From the IMG/VR virus record IMGVR_UViG_3300025168_017853, positions 1-57,093 of that record: a stretch of 57,093 nucleotides of DNA. One strand, 5' to 3'. Below, piece by piece: positions 18,455 to 28,158 of the stretch. How positions within the stretch are numbered: the first letter of the stretch is position 1; each line of letters starts with the position of its first letter. A program made the position numbers and the translations under genes. The notes under the pieces were generated by a model. The model searched no databases. It was not told where the DNA came from and saw only the letters and a program-made list of their open reading frames with translations. This DNA is from a virus. Its lineage: Duplodnaviria; Caudoviricetes.

Positions 18455-19333
18455 TTAAATACTCAGAGGTTCAGAATTAATCAAGTCAATAATTTTATCT
18501 TTTATTGCATTTGTAACAGGAACATTCTTAGAGTACCCGTCGTTTTCTAATTTTTGAAAATATCTTTCTATTTCATCAAGATAGTATTTTTTATTTTTTC
18601 TTTGACCTACGCCTAAGTGAATTTTTTTTATTTCTCGATAAAGCTCATTAACGTTTTGACTTCTTTGACGAATAACATTGTTTTTAAAATATTCTTTTTC
18701 TTTTATGAATTCTTCATTTATTTCTTCTTTTTCTGCGCCTTTAGCAATTAGATGATATGTTTTAGGAAAAAGAATTTGATAGCTTGCATTCTGGCTTATT
18801 CTTAGCTGGTTAAGCATTTTTTCTGATGATATTTCTATTACTTTAAAAAAACTTGCCAAATCAAAAGCGCCAGGAAGTTGTCTATCTGTATTTTTATCTT
18901 CATACCCGCCTAAGTTTTCAAAATAAGCATCTACTATTTTACAAACAGGCGCAGCTGAAGGAAAAAACATTATATCGAGAGTGTTTTCTATCTTGCTTAT
19001 TATTGCTTCTTTATCACTGGAATTTCCCATAAATTTTCTAATTGCTGTATTGTACTGGAGATTTTCATCAGGTGTCATTGTCATTCCTGTTGATAAAAAT
19101 CTATCAAGCTTTTCAAGAAAAGATTTTTTTGACAGCCCAGTTGGATTAAAATAAAGTGCTCTATTTAAAAAGAATATTATTTTTCCGACCACTGAATTGT
19201 TAGTTGACTTTTTTAAACTTTCTAATTTGCAACGATATCTATCGTCACTAGATCTAAACTCAGGTCCTTCAGGTTTTCTTATCTTAAAAGCTTCTCTAAT
19301 TATTTTTCTAATGCCTTCTTCAGAGAGTATCAT
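18455..19333 (-). CDS. Hypothetical protein with leader
   Basis: MILSEEGIRKIIREA. Confidence 0.75.
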   Translation of the reverse strand: MILSEEGIRKIIREAFKIRKPEGPEFRSSDDRYRCKLESLKKSTNNSVVGKIIFFLNRALYFNPTGLSKKSFLEKLDRFLSTGMTMTPDENLQYNTAIRKFMGNSSDKEAIISKIENTLDIMFFPSAAPVCKIVDAYFENLGGYEDKNTDRQLPGAFDLASFFKVIEISSEKMLNQLRISQNASYQILFPKTYHLIAKGAEKEEINEEFIKEKEYFKNNVIRQRSQNVNELYREIKKIHLGVGQRKNKKYYLDEIERYFQKLENDGYSKNVPVTNAIKDKIIDLINSEPLSI

Positions 19334-19335
19334 TC

Positions 19336-20016
19336 TTAACCTCTTAGCATCATTCTTCTAACTTTTCTTCTTAGCAATGTTAGATCTTGTGACTCGTTTA
19401 CTCTTATTGGAGGGGTTGTGTCTTCCTGTTCTTCTTCACTTGGTTCTTTGGCTTGCGTTTCAGGAGAATCTTCTGCAGGTTCTTCTACAGGCTCTTCAGA
19501 TGGTTCTTCATCTGGAGCTTCTTGTCCTTGAAAACTTATTGAAACAGGAGGCTCGCTAGGATCTTGTGCTTCCTTACCTTGAACCTGACCAGATATAATG
19601 TCAGAAAATGCTTCTAGAAAAACAAAAAGAGCTTTTCTTTCAGCATCAGAAAGCTTATCATAGTAATCTGCTGCTTGCTTTTTAATACCAGAGTCTTTGA
19701 GTGACTTACCAGACCTTAAAGTGTTTATTGCCCGTGTAATGGAGTCAAATGAAACGCCGGCGTCAACAAAATCTTCTTCAGCATCAACTTCTTCAGCATC
19801 AACTTCTTCAGCATCAACTTCTTCTGCCTCAACTTCTTCTTCGTCTTCTTGTTCAGAAAGATTTCCAAATAGTTTTTCATCACTGCTGTATTGACTTAAA
19901 TAGTCCCTTGTTGTAGGATCAGCATTTTCATTTATTCTTTTTGATACTCCGACAGCTTCACTAGAAATAATCTTAAGCAAGCTTAGCAGTTCATTTTCGT
20001 TTTTAATTTTGATCAT
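19336..20016 (-). CDS. Acidic hypothetical protein
   Basis: 226 aa; E/D-rich, with EEVDA repeats. Confidence 0.8.
   Translation of the reverse strand: MIKIKNENELLSLLKIISSEAVGVSKRINENADPTTRDYLSQYSSDEKLFGNLSEQEDEEEVEAEEVDAEEVDAEEVDAEEDFVDAGVSFDSITRAINTLRSGKSLKDSGIKKQAADYYDKLSDAERKALFVFLEAFSDIISGQVQGKEAQDPSEPPVSISFQGQEAPDEEPSEEPVEEPAEDSPETQAKEPSEEEQEDTTPPIRVNESQDLTLLRRKVRRMMLRG
19773..19839. repeat. 15-bp in-frame tandem repeat (about 4.5 copies) encoding EEVDA
   Basis: CTTCTTCAGCATCAA x3 plus one degenerate and one partial copy. Confidence 0.9.
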
Positions 20017-20030
20017 TTTAAATACCTCAA

Positions 20031-20390
20031 TTACTCAACTATAACTATCTTTAATAAATAGCAACTTCTTTCATTTTGTCTAATAAGCTCGTAGTTATCG
20101 TTTTTCACATCCAATGAATTTAGTATTCCATCAGGTGCGTTTATACTAAAGTTAACAACTGAATTTAAAAGTGTTGAAAGGTACCCGTAAGATTCGTGAA
20201 TTTCTATTACGAGTGATTCTACAAAATTTTCTTTTTTAAAGCTTACAAATTTAAAGTTATGAGAAAAATCTTGAAATTTAGCATTGACATAAACTATTTC
20301 ACTTTTTAACTTTTTATTTTTTTCGCTTTCATCAAGTAAGTTTTCTTCTGTTACTCTTCCTTTTAGTTCATCACTGACAAAAAATGACAA
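20031..20390 (-). CDS. Hypothetical protein
   Basis: 119-aa ORF in operon. Confidence 0.6.
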   Translation of the reverse strand: MSFFVSDELKGRVTEENLLDESEKNKKLKSEIVYVNAKFQDFSHNFKFVSFKKENFVESLVIEIHESYGYLSTLLNSVVNFSINAPDGILNSLDVKNDNYELIRQNERSCYLLKIVIVE

Positions 20391-20804
20391 CTAAAACTCC
20401 TGAATGAATTTAATATCTTCGTATACTTCATCAATAAATTTTGCTAGCTTAAGATCCATTTCAGATATTTCATTAATATTATGAGTGTAGAGTTCTACTT
20501 TGACATAATCACTACCTACCTCTAAAAGCGGATGATGCATCATAATATCTGACTCTTTAAGTGTTTCTAAAACAAAGTATCTTAAATGTTTATGTTTTTC
20601 AAAAGAAAACCTTTTAGATAAAGCGGTTTTATAGAAGTCAGAAACTTCTTCCCATTCAGATTTACTAGCTTCAACAGGTAATTCAGGAATATTTCTAATT
20701 CCTTGAAATTTATCAGTAAATAAATTTTGCATGCCAGATGAAAAGCCAAAATCTTCATTTAGTATTTTTGACTTTTTTTGTATCTGGCTATATAGGTTTT
20801 TCAT
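20391..20804 (-). CDS. Pterin-4-alpha-carbinolamine dehydratase-like protein with N-terminal extension
   Basis: LSKRFSF...FV......MHHP....V.V.LYTH....ISEMDLKLAKFID. Confidence 0.8.
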   Translation of the reverse strand: MKNLYSQIQKKSKILNEDFGFSSGMQNLFTDKFQGIRNIPELPVEASKSEWEEVSDFYKTALSKRFSFEKHKHLRYFVLETLKESDIMMHHPLLEVGSDYVKVELYTHNINEISEMDLKLAKFIDEVYEDIKFIQEF

Positions 20805-20812
20805 TTTTTCCT

Positions 20813-23800
20813 CTACAAGCTTGTGTCTTGAATGTGCATGCCAATTGCTTGTATAACTACATCTCTCATCTGTTTTTTATTTTTAACTAGTTTTTTAACT
20901 TCTTTATCAGAATAGTCCTTAATTGACTCTATTTCTGTTTGAATAGCTGAGTTTATGCCGGTATCAACCTTGTCTGTCATTTCTTTAACATCTGCTTTCT
21001 TACCGTTGATCATTTGGTCGCCTGCTTCAAGTAGTTTATCAAAAATTTGTTTTGCTGTTGCTTTTCTTTCTTCCATTGTTGAAGCGCCGCCGCTATTTTT
21101 ATCAGCAATTGCTGTAAACCAGCACACAAAGTTTTTAGCTGCTGGATTCATTTTTCCAAAGTCAGGCATTCTTTTAACTCTTCCAACAAAAGGATAGATT
21201 GTTTTTATCTGGAAATCTTTCATGTTCTTTTCTAAAAATTTTGCTTTTGTTTCTTTGATACCTAATTCTGTTGCTGTTACGTATGCTGCGTCTTGCGCTT
21301 CTCTTAGATCAATGCCAGAAAATTCAGAACTCATCATTTTAATCATTTCTTTTTCTACTTGAACAGCACTTCTCACAACCTTTGTTGCAATTGCCTTATT
21401 GATACTGTTAAAATCTAAGTCAGGAATTTTTTGAAGGCCGCCGCCGCGAAGAGTTTTGCCCATAATACTACCTACGATATTTCTAACAATACTAGGTCCA
21501 GCAGCACCTGAGTCGACTAAAAAGTCCAAGTCTTCAGATGCAATATTCTGAAGTAGTGTTTCGCCGCCTCTTGTAGCAGGTCTTTCAACTTCATCACTCT
21601 GACCTTCAAAGTCAACTTTTTCTGGCATTCCATAAACTATTCTCGTAACTGCAGAAATACCTACTTCTTCGCTAGCAGCTGCTCTAATTACGTCTGATGC
21701 TAAGTCTTTAACTTGCTGTTCACTATAGTAGGGCGTGTACTTTTTTAAACTTCCTAGTTCTTCTTTTGTTAGTCCAGTACTTTCGATTTCCTTTATTTGT
21801 TTTTCAGCTGTTGGTGCCAGTTCTGACATTATGTCATTATAAACATTGACATAGTTTATATCTTCTGAACTTGCATCGTCATCTTTTAGTGCATCGAAAG
21901 CAAGTTTTTGCTTTCTACTAAGCACTCTGTAGTCATAGTCTCTAAAAGATGAAGAAGAACCATCATCATTCTGCATAATTCTTGAAGCTATTTCGTCTGT
22001 GAATGCTAACTTCTTTTCTTCTTCAGGAATGTTTGGATCTTCTAGTCTTGCTTGAAGATCTGCAAAATCTTCATCTGACATGATTTCGCCTTGTTCTTTT
22101 TCTACGTTTGCTTCTTCAAACTTTTGATCAACGTATGCACTTACATCTTCTACTATATTTTTCTTATCAATTATAAAAGTTGATTTTGCTTTTCCTGTAC
22201 CCTGTGTAAAACTAAAAGAATCATTCCCTGAAAGACCTGCAATTATTTGTTGTATGGCTGAGTCTCTCGCTTCGTTTTCTAAGTCTGAAGATAGCTCTCT
22301 TTTTTCCAGTCTAAACTCATCAGATTTTACAATTGCGTAAGCAACGACTGCATCAACTATGGCCTGTCTAAGTGTTTTTTCTTGCCCTGCATGTTCAATT
22401 TTTTCATTAGGATCTAATCTGCGCTGAGAAAAGACTGTTTTGTTTGGTATGCTAAAAGGTTCTTTTTTAATTTGCGCTGAAAACCCTGTATCTATAATCT
22501 TAGAAAGTGCTTCTGAATCTGAAGCAGCTACGTTTCTTGTGAGTGCACCGTACTTTGGGTCGTAAAGAATTGACTGCACAACTCTATTGGATACTTGGTC
22601 TAAAAATTTAACAATAGTTAAGCCGCTTTGTTCATACTGTGTATAACCTGCGTTAACTAATTCTGCAAACTTATCAGAGACTTCTGATAATGACCCAGCA
22701 CTACCCGATCCGTACTTATTAATAAACTTAATAACCCTAGGTTTCCAGAATTCTTCTGTTTTCTTTTTTGCAGGAAGTTTATAAGTTACTTCATCATTTG
22801 TGTTAATTTCATTATTTAGTATACCTTTCCACGAACTTGCCTCACCTTCTGATGATGTAGACTCTTCAGTACCTGCACCACCATATCCAAATTTTGCTGC
22901 GTGCTGTGTTCCTATTATTCTAGAGACAACATCCATTGAATCAATTACACTTTGCGAAACAGCTTGAAGACCAAACATCTCACCAGATTCTACTTTTGAA
23001 ATTAGGTCACTCCAGTAGTTTTGACTTAGGACTTTTGATCTAGTGCTGTCAGCGTCATCTCTGTCTAAGTCTTTACCTCCACTTGCAATGTCTCCTAGCA
23101 TTTTATCTGCTTCATCATCTGTTAGTTCTGGAAGCTCATCATCATCTTCTAAGTCAATAACATCTGTGTCGAGATTTTTTCTAGTGCTTGCAGAAGCTGT
23201 TGGCGCTGTTGCAAGCTTGCCAGAAGTGCTTGATTCTATTTCATAGCTGCCCTGAAGTGCTGATTCAATCTGATCATAAGAGACACCGTATCTATCAGCA
23301 AGCCTTTGCACGTCTAATGTTAAGTCGTAATAAGGATCTTCTTTAAGCTTTTCAGATATTTCTACAAAAAGAGGATCAGACATCACATCTTCCATGCCTC
23401 CATATCCGCCCAACTCTGAATCAAACTTATCGTCTGTTTGATCCATCCCATCGTATGATGTATCTCTGTATCTATCGTCGCCGTCATCATCAAAAAATCC
23501 GCCAGGTGTATATGCCTCAGCAATCATTGTATCTTCAGCTTTATCCAGAGACATATCCAAGCTTTTATGAAGCAACCTGTAAAAATGTTCAATCTGAGAA
23601 GAAGGTACTTCTTGTGAAATTCTTTCAGCTGCTGCTCTTAATTCTCTCATTGTTGCAGGTACATACTCGGGATCTTCTACAGGAGGTGCTGTAGTAGACA
23701 ACTGTGTTGCCATTTGTGCATCAGGGACAACTGGGCCGTCATTGATGTCAAATGGGTGCACAAAATTTCCACCTGGATTGTCACCGTACGTTCTGTTTTC

Positions 23801-23857
23801 TGTTAGCTTTGACTTTAACAAATTGAACAGTACAGACTTTTTAACTTTTACTTTCAT
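20813..23857 (-). CDS. Large acidic hypothetical protein with leader (possible internal virion protein)
   Basis: 1014 aa; MKVKVKKSVLFNLLKSKLTE. Confidence 0.8.
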   Translation of the reverse strand: MKVKVKKSVLFNLLKSKLTENRTYGDNPGGNFVHPFDINDGPVVPDAQMATQLSTTAPPVEDPEYVPATMRELRAAAERISQEVPSSQIEHFYRLLHKSLDMSLDKAEDTMIAEAYTPGGFFDDDGDDRYRDTSYDGMDQTDDKFDSELGGYGGMEDVMSDPLFVEISEKLKEDPYYDLTLDVQRLADRYGVSYDQIESALQGSYEIESSTSGKLATAPTASASTRKNLDTDVIDLEDDDELPELTDDEADKMLGDIASGGKDLDRDDADSTRSKVLSQNYWSDLISKVESGEMFGLQAVSQSVIDSMDVVSRIIGTQHAAKFGYGGAGTEESTSSEGEASSWKGILNNEINTNDEVTYKLPAKKKTEEFWKPRVIKFINKYGSGSAGSLSEVSDKFAELVNAGYTQYEQSGLTIVKFLDQVSNRVVQSILYDPKYGALTRNVAASDSEALSKIIDTGFSAQIKKEPFSIPNKTVFSQRRLDPNEKIEHAGQEKTLRQAIVDAVVAYAIVKSDEFRLEKRELSSDLENEARDSAIQQIIAGLSGNDSFSFTQGTGKAKSTFIIDKKNIVEDVSAYVDQKFEEANVEKEQGEIMSDEDFADLQARLEDPNIPEEEKKLAFTDEIASRIMQNDDGSSSSFRDYDYRVLSRKQKLAFDALKDDDASSEDINYVNVYNDIMSELAPTAEKQIKEIESTGLTKEELGSLKKYTPYYSEQQVKDLASDVIRAAASEEVGISAVTRIVYGMPEKVDFEGQSDEVERPATRGGETLLQNIASEDLDFLVDSGAAGPSIVRNIVGSIMGKTLRGGGLQKIPDLDFNSINKAIATKVVRSAVQVEKEMIKMMSSEFSGIDLREAQDAAYVTATELGIKETKAKFLEKNMKDFQIKTIYPFVGRVKRMPDFGKMNPAAKNFVCWFTAIADKNSGGASTMEERKATAKQIFDKLLEAGDQMINGKKADVKEMTDKVDTGINSAIQTEIESIKDYSDKEVKKLVKNKKQMRDVVIQAIGMHIQDTSL

Positions 23858-23906
23858 AGAGATCTCCGTTTTTCTTTATTAAGTATCTTCTAAATATAGA
23901 TTTTTA

Positions 23907-24308
23907 TTAATTTGCTGCTTGATTTACAGAATATGTAACAGCAACTGTTGTACCAACGCCTAACATAAATGCGCCGTATGTCGCCCATCTTTGCCACACG
24001 TCTCTTTTTTTATCTTTTTTGATTTGAAGATCACGTGACTTTATCATTATTTGATACATTTCAACTTCAGATTCGTATCTTATATTTAAAAGATCATAAC
24101 TGAGTTGTTGATTTGCTTTAAATTTTTTAAAATCAAATTCTGCATCAATTTCGCATTGTACAATATCTCTTTCGTGCTGAGAAATTATTTCTGCGAGTGC
24201 TTCGTTTGTCAATATTTTACCTGAAAACGGAGCTTGCTCACCTTCTTCTATGTTAACAAAATCAGGATTGGCTAGTGCCAATCCTGATATAAGTAAAAAG
24301 AATTTCAT
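23907..24308 (-). CDS. Exported protein with signal peptide and C-terminal TM (spanin-like?)
   Basis: MKFFLLISGLALA; helical middle; C-terminal hydrophobic segment. Confidence 0.6.
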   Translation of the reverse strand: MKFFLLISGLALANPDFVNIEEGEQAPFSGKILTNEALAEIISQHERDIVQCEIDAEFDFKKFKANQQLSYDLLNIRYESEVEMYQIMIKSRDLQIKKDKKRDVWQRWATYGAFMLGVGTTVAVTYSVNQAAN

Positions 24309-24311
24309 GTT

Positions 24312-24656
24312 TTACTCTCCTTCTAAGTCGTACTCTTCCTTAAGAATATTATCAAGCTTATCAGGATCTTTTAATAATTCTTTTTTTCTTTTAATCATTT
24401 TTTCATCAGCTAATTTTTCTGATTTGCTTCTATCTTTTTCTGCGTTGTTTACTGCTTCTTGGTTTTTTGCAACTGCATTAACAGTTTCTTTTTGCTGTTT
24501 TATTCTTGCTTTTTCTTTTGCACGAGCATCATCTTTAAGAACTTTTTCTCTACTTCCAGAAGTTCCCCACACTACGCCTATTAGTAAAAATAAAAATGCA
24601 ACAAAAATTTCCCAATACTCAATTGCTAATTCTTTGATTTTAATTAAGTATTTCAT
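24312..24656 (-). CDS. N-terminal TM plus coiled-coil protein (i-spanin-like?)
   Basis: One TM followed by a charged coiled coil. Confidence 0.6.
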   Translation of the reverse strand: MKYLIKIKELAIEYWEIFVAFLFLLIGVVWGTSGSREKVLKDDARAKEKARIKQQKETVNAVAKNQEAVNNAEKDRSKSEKLADEKMIKRKKELLKDPDKLDNILKEEYDLEGE

Positions 24657-24938
24657 TTATTTTCCGTGACGCCACACCTGAACTGCATCAATTGCAGACT
24701 GCCCTCCAATGTAAAACATTGCAATCATACCCCATGTATCAGGATCCAAACCAGCACCAATTAATAGTCCTGTTGCGGTCAAGAAAACAAGTAATTTTCT
24801 AGAAACAAGCTTTTCTTGAAATGCATCCAGCGCACCTTTCTTCTCGCTGTCAGAGTAAAGAGAACTTTTAAGTTTATTAAAAGCACCTTCTTCGACTACA
24901 TCTTTTGCTTCTTCTACAATATTTGTATTTTCAGACAT
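24657..24938 (-). CDS. Holin-like membrane protein
   Basis: KLVSRKLLVFL...YIGGQSAIDA; two TM segments. Confidence 0.55.
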   Translation of the reverse strand: MSENTNIVEEAKDVVEEGAFNKLKSSLYSDSEKKGALDAFQEKLVSRKLLVFLTATGLLIGAGLDPDTWGMIAMFYIGGQSAIDAVQVWRHGK

Positions 24939-24948
24939 TACAATCTCC

Positions 24949-25227
24949 TTATTTTAATGGATCTTCTTGTTCAAGCATGTCAAAGATTGATTTGACATCT
25001 GCTTTTGAAAACTTTTTTTCTGTTTTATTCTTTTTATTTTCTGCAACCTGATCTAAGAGTCTAAGCATGTGTGGGCTTTCTGATAGGATTTGCTGAACAA
25101 ACTCTTCAAATACTTCTTGCATTGAAAGGCTTCTTTCGAAACAAGCAATTCTAAAAGCGGCATGTGCGTCTTTAGATATATTAAAATGCACAGATTTTTT
25201 ATTAAATCTTTCTGTTCTAGAAGACAA
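24949..25227 (-). CDS. Ribbon-helix-helix-like DNA-binding protein
   Basis: KSVHFNISKDAHAAFRIACFERSLSMQEVF beta-alpha-alpha pattern. Confidence 0.55.
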   Translation of the reverse strand: MSSRTERFNKKSVHFNISKDAHAAFRIACFERSLSMQEVFEEFVQQILSESPHMLRLLDQVAENKKNKTEKKFSKADVKSIFDMLEQEDPLK

Positions 25228-25932
25228 TCAACCTCCTCCGGACGGAAGACTTCCAGTGCCTCCTGCAAAAGCTCCAACTGCATAGTCGTCTTCTTTTACA
25301 TCAGGAACATTACTAAACTCAACAGGTTCAATTCCGTATGTCTGAACTAGAGTATCGCTAAATGCTTGGACAAAAGCGTCGCCGTAATTTTCATCAAGGA
25401 ATGTTTTTGCTCTATTGAGGACAGCTTCTTCTACGTTTAACAAACTCTTGTAGTTACTTAGAAGTCTAACAACTCTATTTGCAAACTTATCGATATCCAA
25501 GTCAGGTACTTCTTGATCATCTGCAGGTTCTGTCACAGACATGTTTTCGCTACCAGACGGTTCTGCTGGTTCGTCTGCAACTTCATCTTCTGCTTCAACT
25601 TCGGCTTCAATAGCTTCATCTTCAACTGGGTCGTCTGGTGGTGCTGCTTCATCTTCTTGTTCAAGTAAAAATCTTAGATTAAGACTACTCAAAGACTCAT
25701 TTAGTGAAGGCTCTGATCTTATTGAAGAAGTTTCATATCTTAAAAGCAACGCATCAATTTGGTCATCGACAGAATCTTTTGCAGGTTTGCTTTTTAACTT
25801 AGGTTTTCTAAAACTAACCGGGTCTTCAGGCGTGTCTGCTCCAGCAGTCTTCGGAGCCTCTTGTTCAAGTATTCTTCTTTTAAAGCTTTCTGAAAAAAGC
25901 TGTTTTAATTCTGATCTTTTCATTTTAGACAC
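25228..25932 (-). CDS. Acidic hypothetical protein with leader
   Basis: MSKMKRSELKQLFSE..ILE; E/D/P-rich linker. Confidence 0.8.
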   Translation of the reverse strand: MSKMKRSELKQLFSESFKRRILEQEAPKTAGADTPEDPVSFRKPKLKSKPAKDSVDDQIDALLLRYETSSIRSEPSLNESLSSLNLRFLLEQEDEAAPPDDPVEDEAIEAEVEAEDEVADEPAEPSGSENMSVTEPADDQEVPDLDIDKFANRVVRLLSNYKSLLNVEEAVLNRAKTFLDENYGDAFVQAFSDTLVQTYGIEPVEFSNVPDVKEDDYAVGAFAGGTGSLPSGGG

Positions 25933-26629
25933 CTCTAATAATATTTAAAACTTTGTCTGCTTTTTCAAACCTTGATTCAACAACTGTCCATCTAAGTTGT
26001 TTCATCATAGCATTCATGTAAGAACTTGCATCTTTAAGATAGTCTCTATAATATGCATGTTGCCACAGATCCATAACGATAACTGGGTACATGCCTGCAG
26101 GTACATTTTGAGAATGAAGATCGATCACGCAGTTCATATAAGATTGCGTATAGATGTTTAGGTAAGTAACTGCCCACCCACATCTTGAGGACATTCCGCA
26201 AGCAATAAAATCGCGTTGCCAATCATCAAAAGTTCCAAAGTCTCTGTTTAGTCGCATATAAGACAAAGAATCCATGGATATTCTAGAATTTGCATCGCCT
26301 ATGTTTGCAAAGTATAATTCATGAAGATAAGCAGCATTCATATTGTAAGTCTCATCAATTTTTAAAGATCTAAATGCTGAGTGGTTTGAGTTAACTTCTG
26401 ACTTATCTACACTGTCTAGCTGAGCGCTTACTTTGTTAAAATCTTGAACATAGTTGTCGTAAAGTTCAATATGATTTTGAACATTCGATGGAGAAAGAAA
26501 GTCTGTCTTAAGACTAAATTGTTTTGGCTGCGCTGCAAAAGATTCATTTAAAGATTTTTTATCACTTACGCCTAGTGTTTCTTTAATAGCTTTTTTAGCT
26601 TCTTCTGTAAAAAGATCATCAAGTTTCAT
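25925..26629 (-). CDS. Fe/Mn superoxide dismutase-like protein with N-terminal extension
   Basis: NHIELY, LHELYF, FGTFDDW, GWAV, PVIVMDLWQHAYYRDY. Confidence 0.85.
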   Translation of the reverse strand: MKLDDLFTEEAKKAIKETLGVSDKKSLNESFAAQPKQFSLKTDFLSPSNVQNHIELYDNYVQDFNKVSAQLDSVDKSEVNSNHSAFRSLKIDETYNMNAAYLHELYFANIGDANSRISMDSLSYMRLNRDFGTFDDWQRDFIACGMSSRCGWAVTYLNIYTQSYMNCVIDLHSQNVPAGMYPVIVMDLWQHAYYRDYLKDASSYMNAMMKQLRWTVVESRFEKADKVLNIIRGV

Positions 26630-26877
26630 TATACTGCCTCATATTTGCCAAAGTCTTCTTCTGTCAATTCCATATATACTTTTTTTTCACCGCTAGGGCC
26701 ATAGTATCTATAGCACTTGACAACAGGTTTTTCTCCGTCAAAATTAATTTCTTCAATAGTATACTCATGTTTTGTATTCTTGTCTCTAATCAAAAGACCA
26801 GAAGACAGCATGTCCATTGTCTTTCCTTTTAGTTTACCACCTTTTAGTGATAATGTCTCTATAATCTTTTTATACAA
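26629..26877 (-). CDS. Hypothetical protein
   Basis: 82-aa ORF with AGGAG SD. Confidence 0.65.
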   Translation of the reverse strand: MYKKIIETLSLKGGKLKGKTMDMLSSGLLIRDKNTKHEYTIEEINFDGEKPVVKCYRYYGPSGEKKVYMELTEEDFGKYEAV

Positions 26878-26892
26878 AACATTCTCCTATTT

Positions 26893-27294
26893 TTAAAACT
26901 TTCTGACTTTAATGCCTGCATCTATAAGTATATCTATTCCGTTAGACTGTTCATATCTTTCTAAATAAATTACTTCATCAATTCCTGCATTTACTATTTT
27001 TTTAGCACACATTGTGCAAGGTGATAAAGTAACATACATTTTTTTATATTTTGGATTGTTATAGTCTAGCTTGATTAATGCGTTATCTTCTGCATGAATA
27101 AAACCACTCTGGCCAACTACCAACGAGTCTCTTTCATTGCTTCCACCTTTTTGATCACCATTGTACCCTATAGAAAGAACTTGTGTATTTTCTCCATTGA
27201 CAATGATTGCACCCACTTTGTGTTTTGAATCAGGGCTTCTTCTTGATATTTGAACAGCAAAATTTGCCCATATTTCATCCCATTCAGGTCTCAT
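26893..27294 (-). CDS. dCMP deaminase
   Basis: VGAIIV, GYNG, HAEDNA, PCTMC. Confidence 0.92.
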   Translation of the reverse strand: MRPEWDEIWANFAVQISRRSPDSKHKVGAIIVNGENTQVLSIGYNGDQKGGSNERDSLVVGQSGFIHAEDNALIKLDYNNPKYKKMYVTLSPCTMCAKKIVNAGIDEVIYLERYEQSNGIDILIDAGIKVRKF

Positions 27295-28150
27295 TTTTTT
27301 CTTCTATTTCTTGAACTTCTTTGTCAAAAATGCTGTCAATAACATAATCACCGGGTAACCTAAATCCTGCGGCTTTTTTATGACCGCCGCCACCGAACTT
27401 TTTTGAAACTTCTGACACATCTATTGTATCATGAAACGCTCTTAGACTAACTTTAATATCTCTATCGTCATGATCATAGTACCATATCATTGCAAAATCA
27501 CAGTCCGGTGAAAGTCTTGCACCTATTTCAGACATCCAATGAGATGCATTAACAACCATTACATGTTTTCCATCAAGCATTCTAGCAGAAGCTTTTTCAC
27601 AAACTTTTTTAACTACTGTCTTGCTATACGCAAGAATATATGAACCACGTTTAATTGCATCATCAAAAACTGAATCATCTTCAAATTTTTCAAACTCTTC
27701 AAAATTAAAAGGAACCATATCGAATGCAGCAGAAAACTCTTTTGAATATTCAAGTTCCCACTTCCACAAGTCTCTGTCTTGAATATATCTTATAAATTTC
27801 GGTGGTTCTTTTCCTGGGTGGAAAAACTCCCAAGCAAGCATTGCACCACTTTTTGTCATATCAAAGTGTGTATTTGATATATCATGAAGTTCAACCATTG
27901 CTGACTTGTGATGATCAATAACCATCAACTCGTTTGCTTCTTTAATCATCTTTTTTGTAACAGCATTGCTGAAAGAAAAATCTAATATTACTACATTTTT
28001 TCCATTTACATCAGGCGGTTCAACTCCATGCTTACATGGAAAATATTCTGCTCTGTTTCCTAGTTGTTTCCATGCTGAATAAGCAGCACCAAAACCATCT
28101 GTGCAATTTGCGTGAAAAATTACACAGTTTACGCTTGTAGGCTCTAACAT
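27284..28150 (-). CDS. DHH/DHHA1 phosphoesterase
   Basis: H.NCTDG, ILDF, IDHH, QDRDLW, GGGGHKKAAGF. Confidence 0.9.
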   Translation of the reverse strand: MLEPTSVNCVIFHANCTDGFGAAYSAWKQLGNRAEYFPCKHGVEPPDVNGKNVVILDFSFSNAVTKKMIKEANELMVIDHHKSAMVELHDISNTHFDMTKSGAMLAWEFFHPGKEPPKFIRYIQDRDLWKWELEYSKEFSAAFDMVPFNFEEFEKFEDDSVFDDAIKRGSYILAYSKTVVKKVCEKASARMLDGKHVMVVNASHWMSEIGARLSPDCDFAMIWYYDHDDRDIKVSLRAFHDTIDVSEVSKKFGGGGHKKAAGFRLPGDYVIDSIFDKEVQEIEEKNET

Positions 28151-28158
28151 TTTTTCTC

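Noticed and set aside
19773-19839. CRISPR-like repeat array
   Set aside because: Direct 15-bp tandem repeats without spacers, in frame within a CDS
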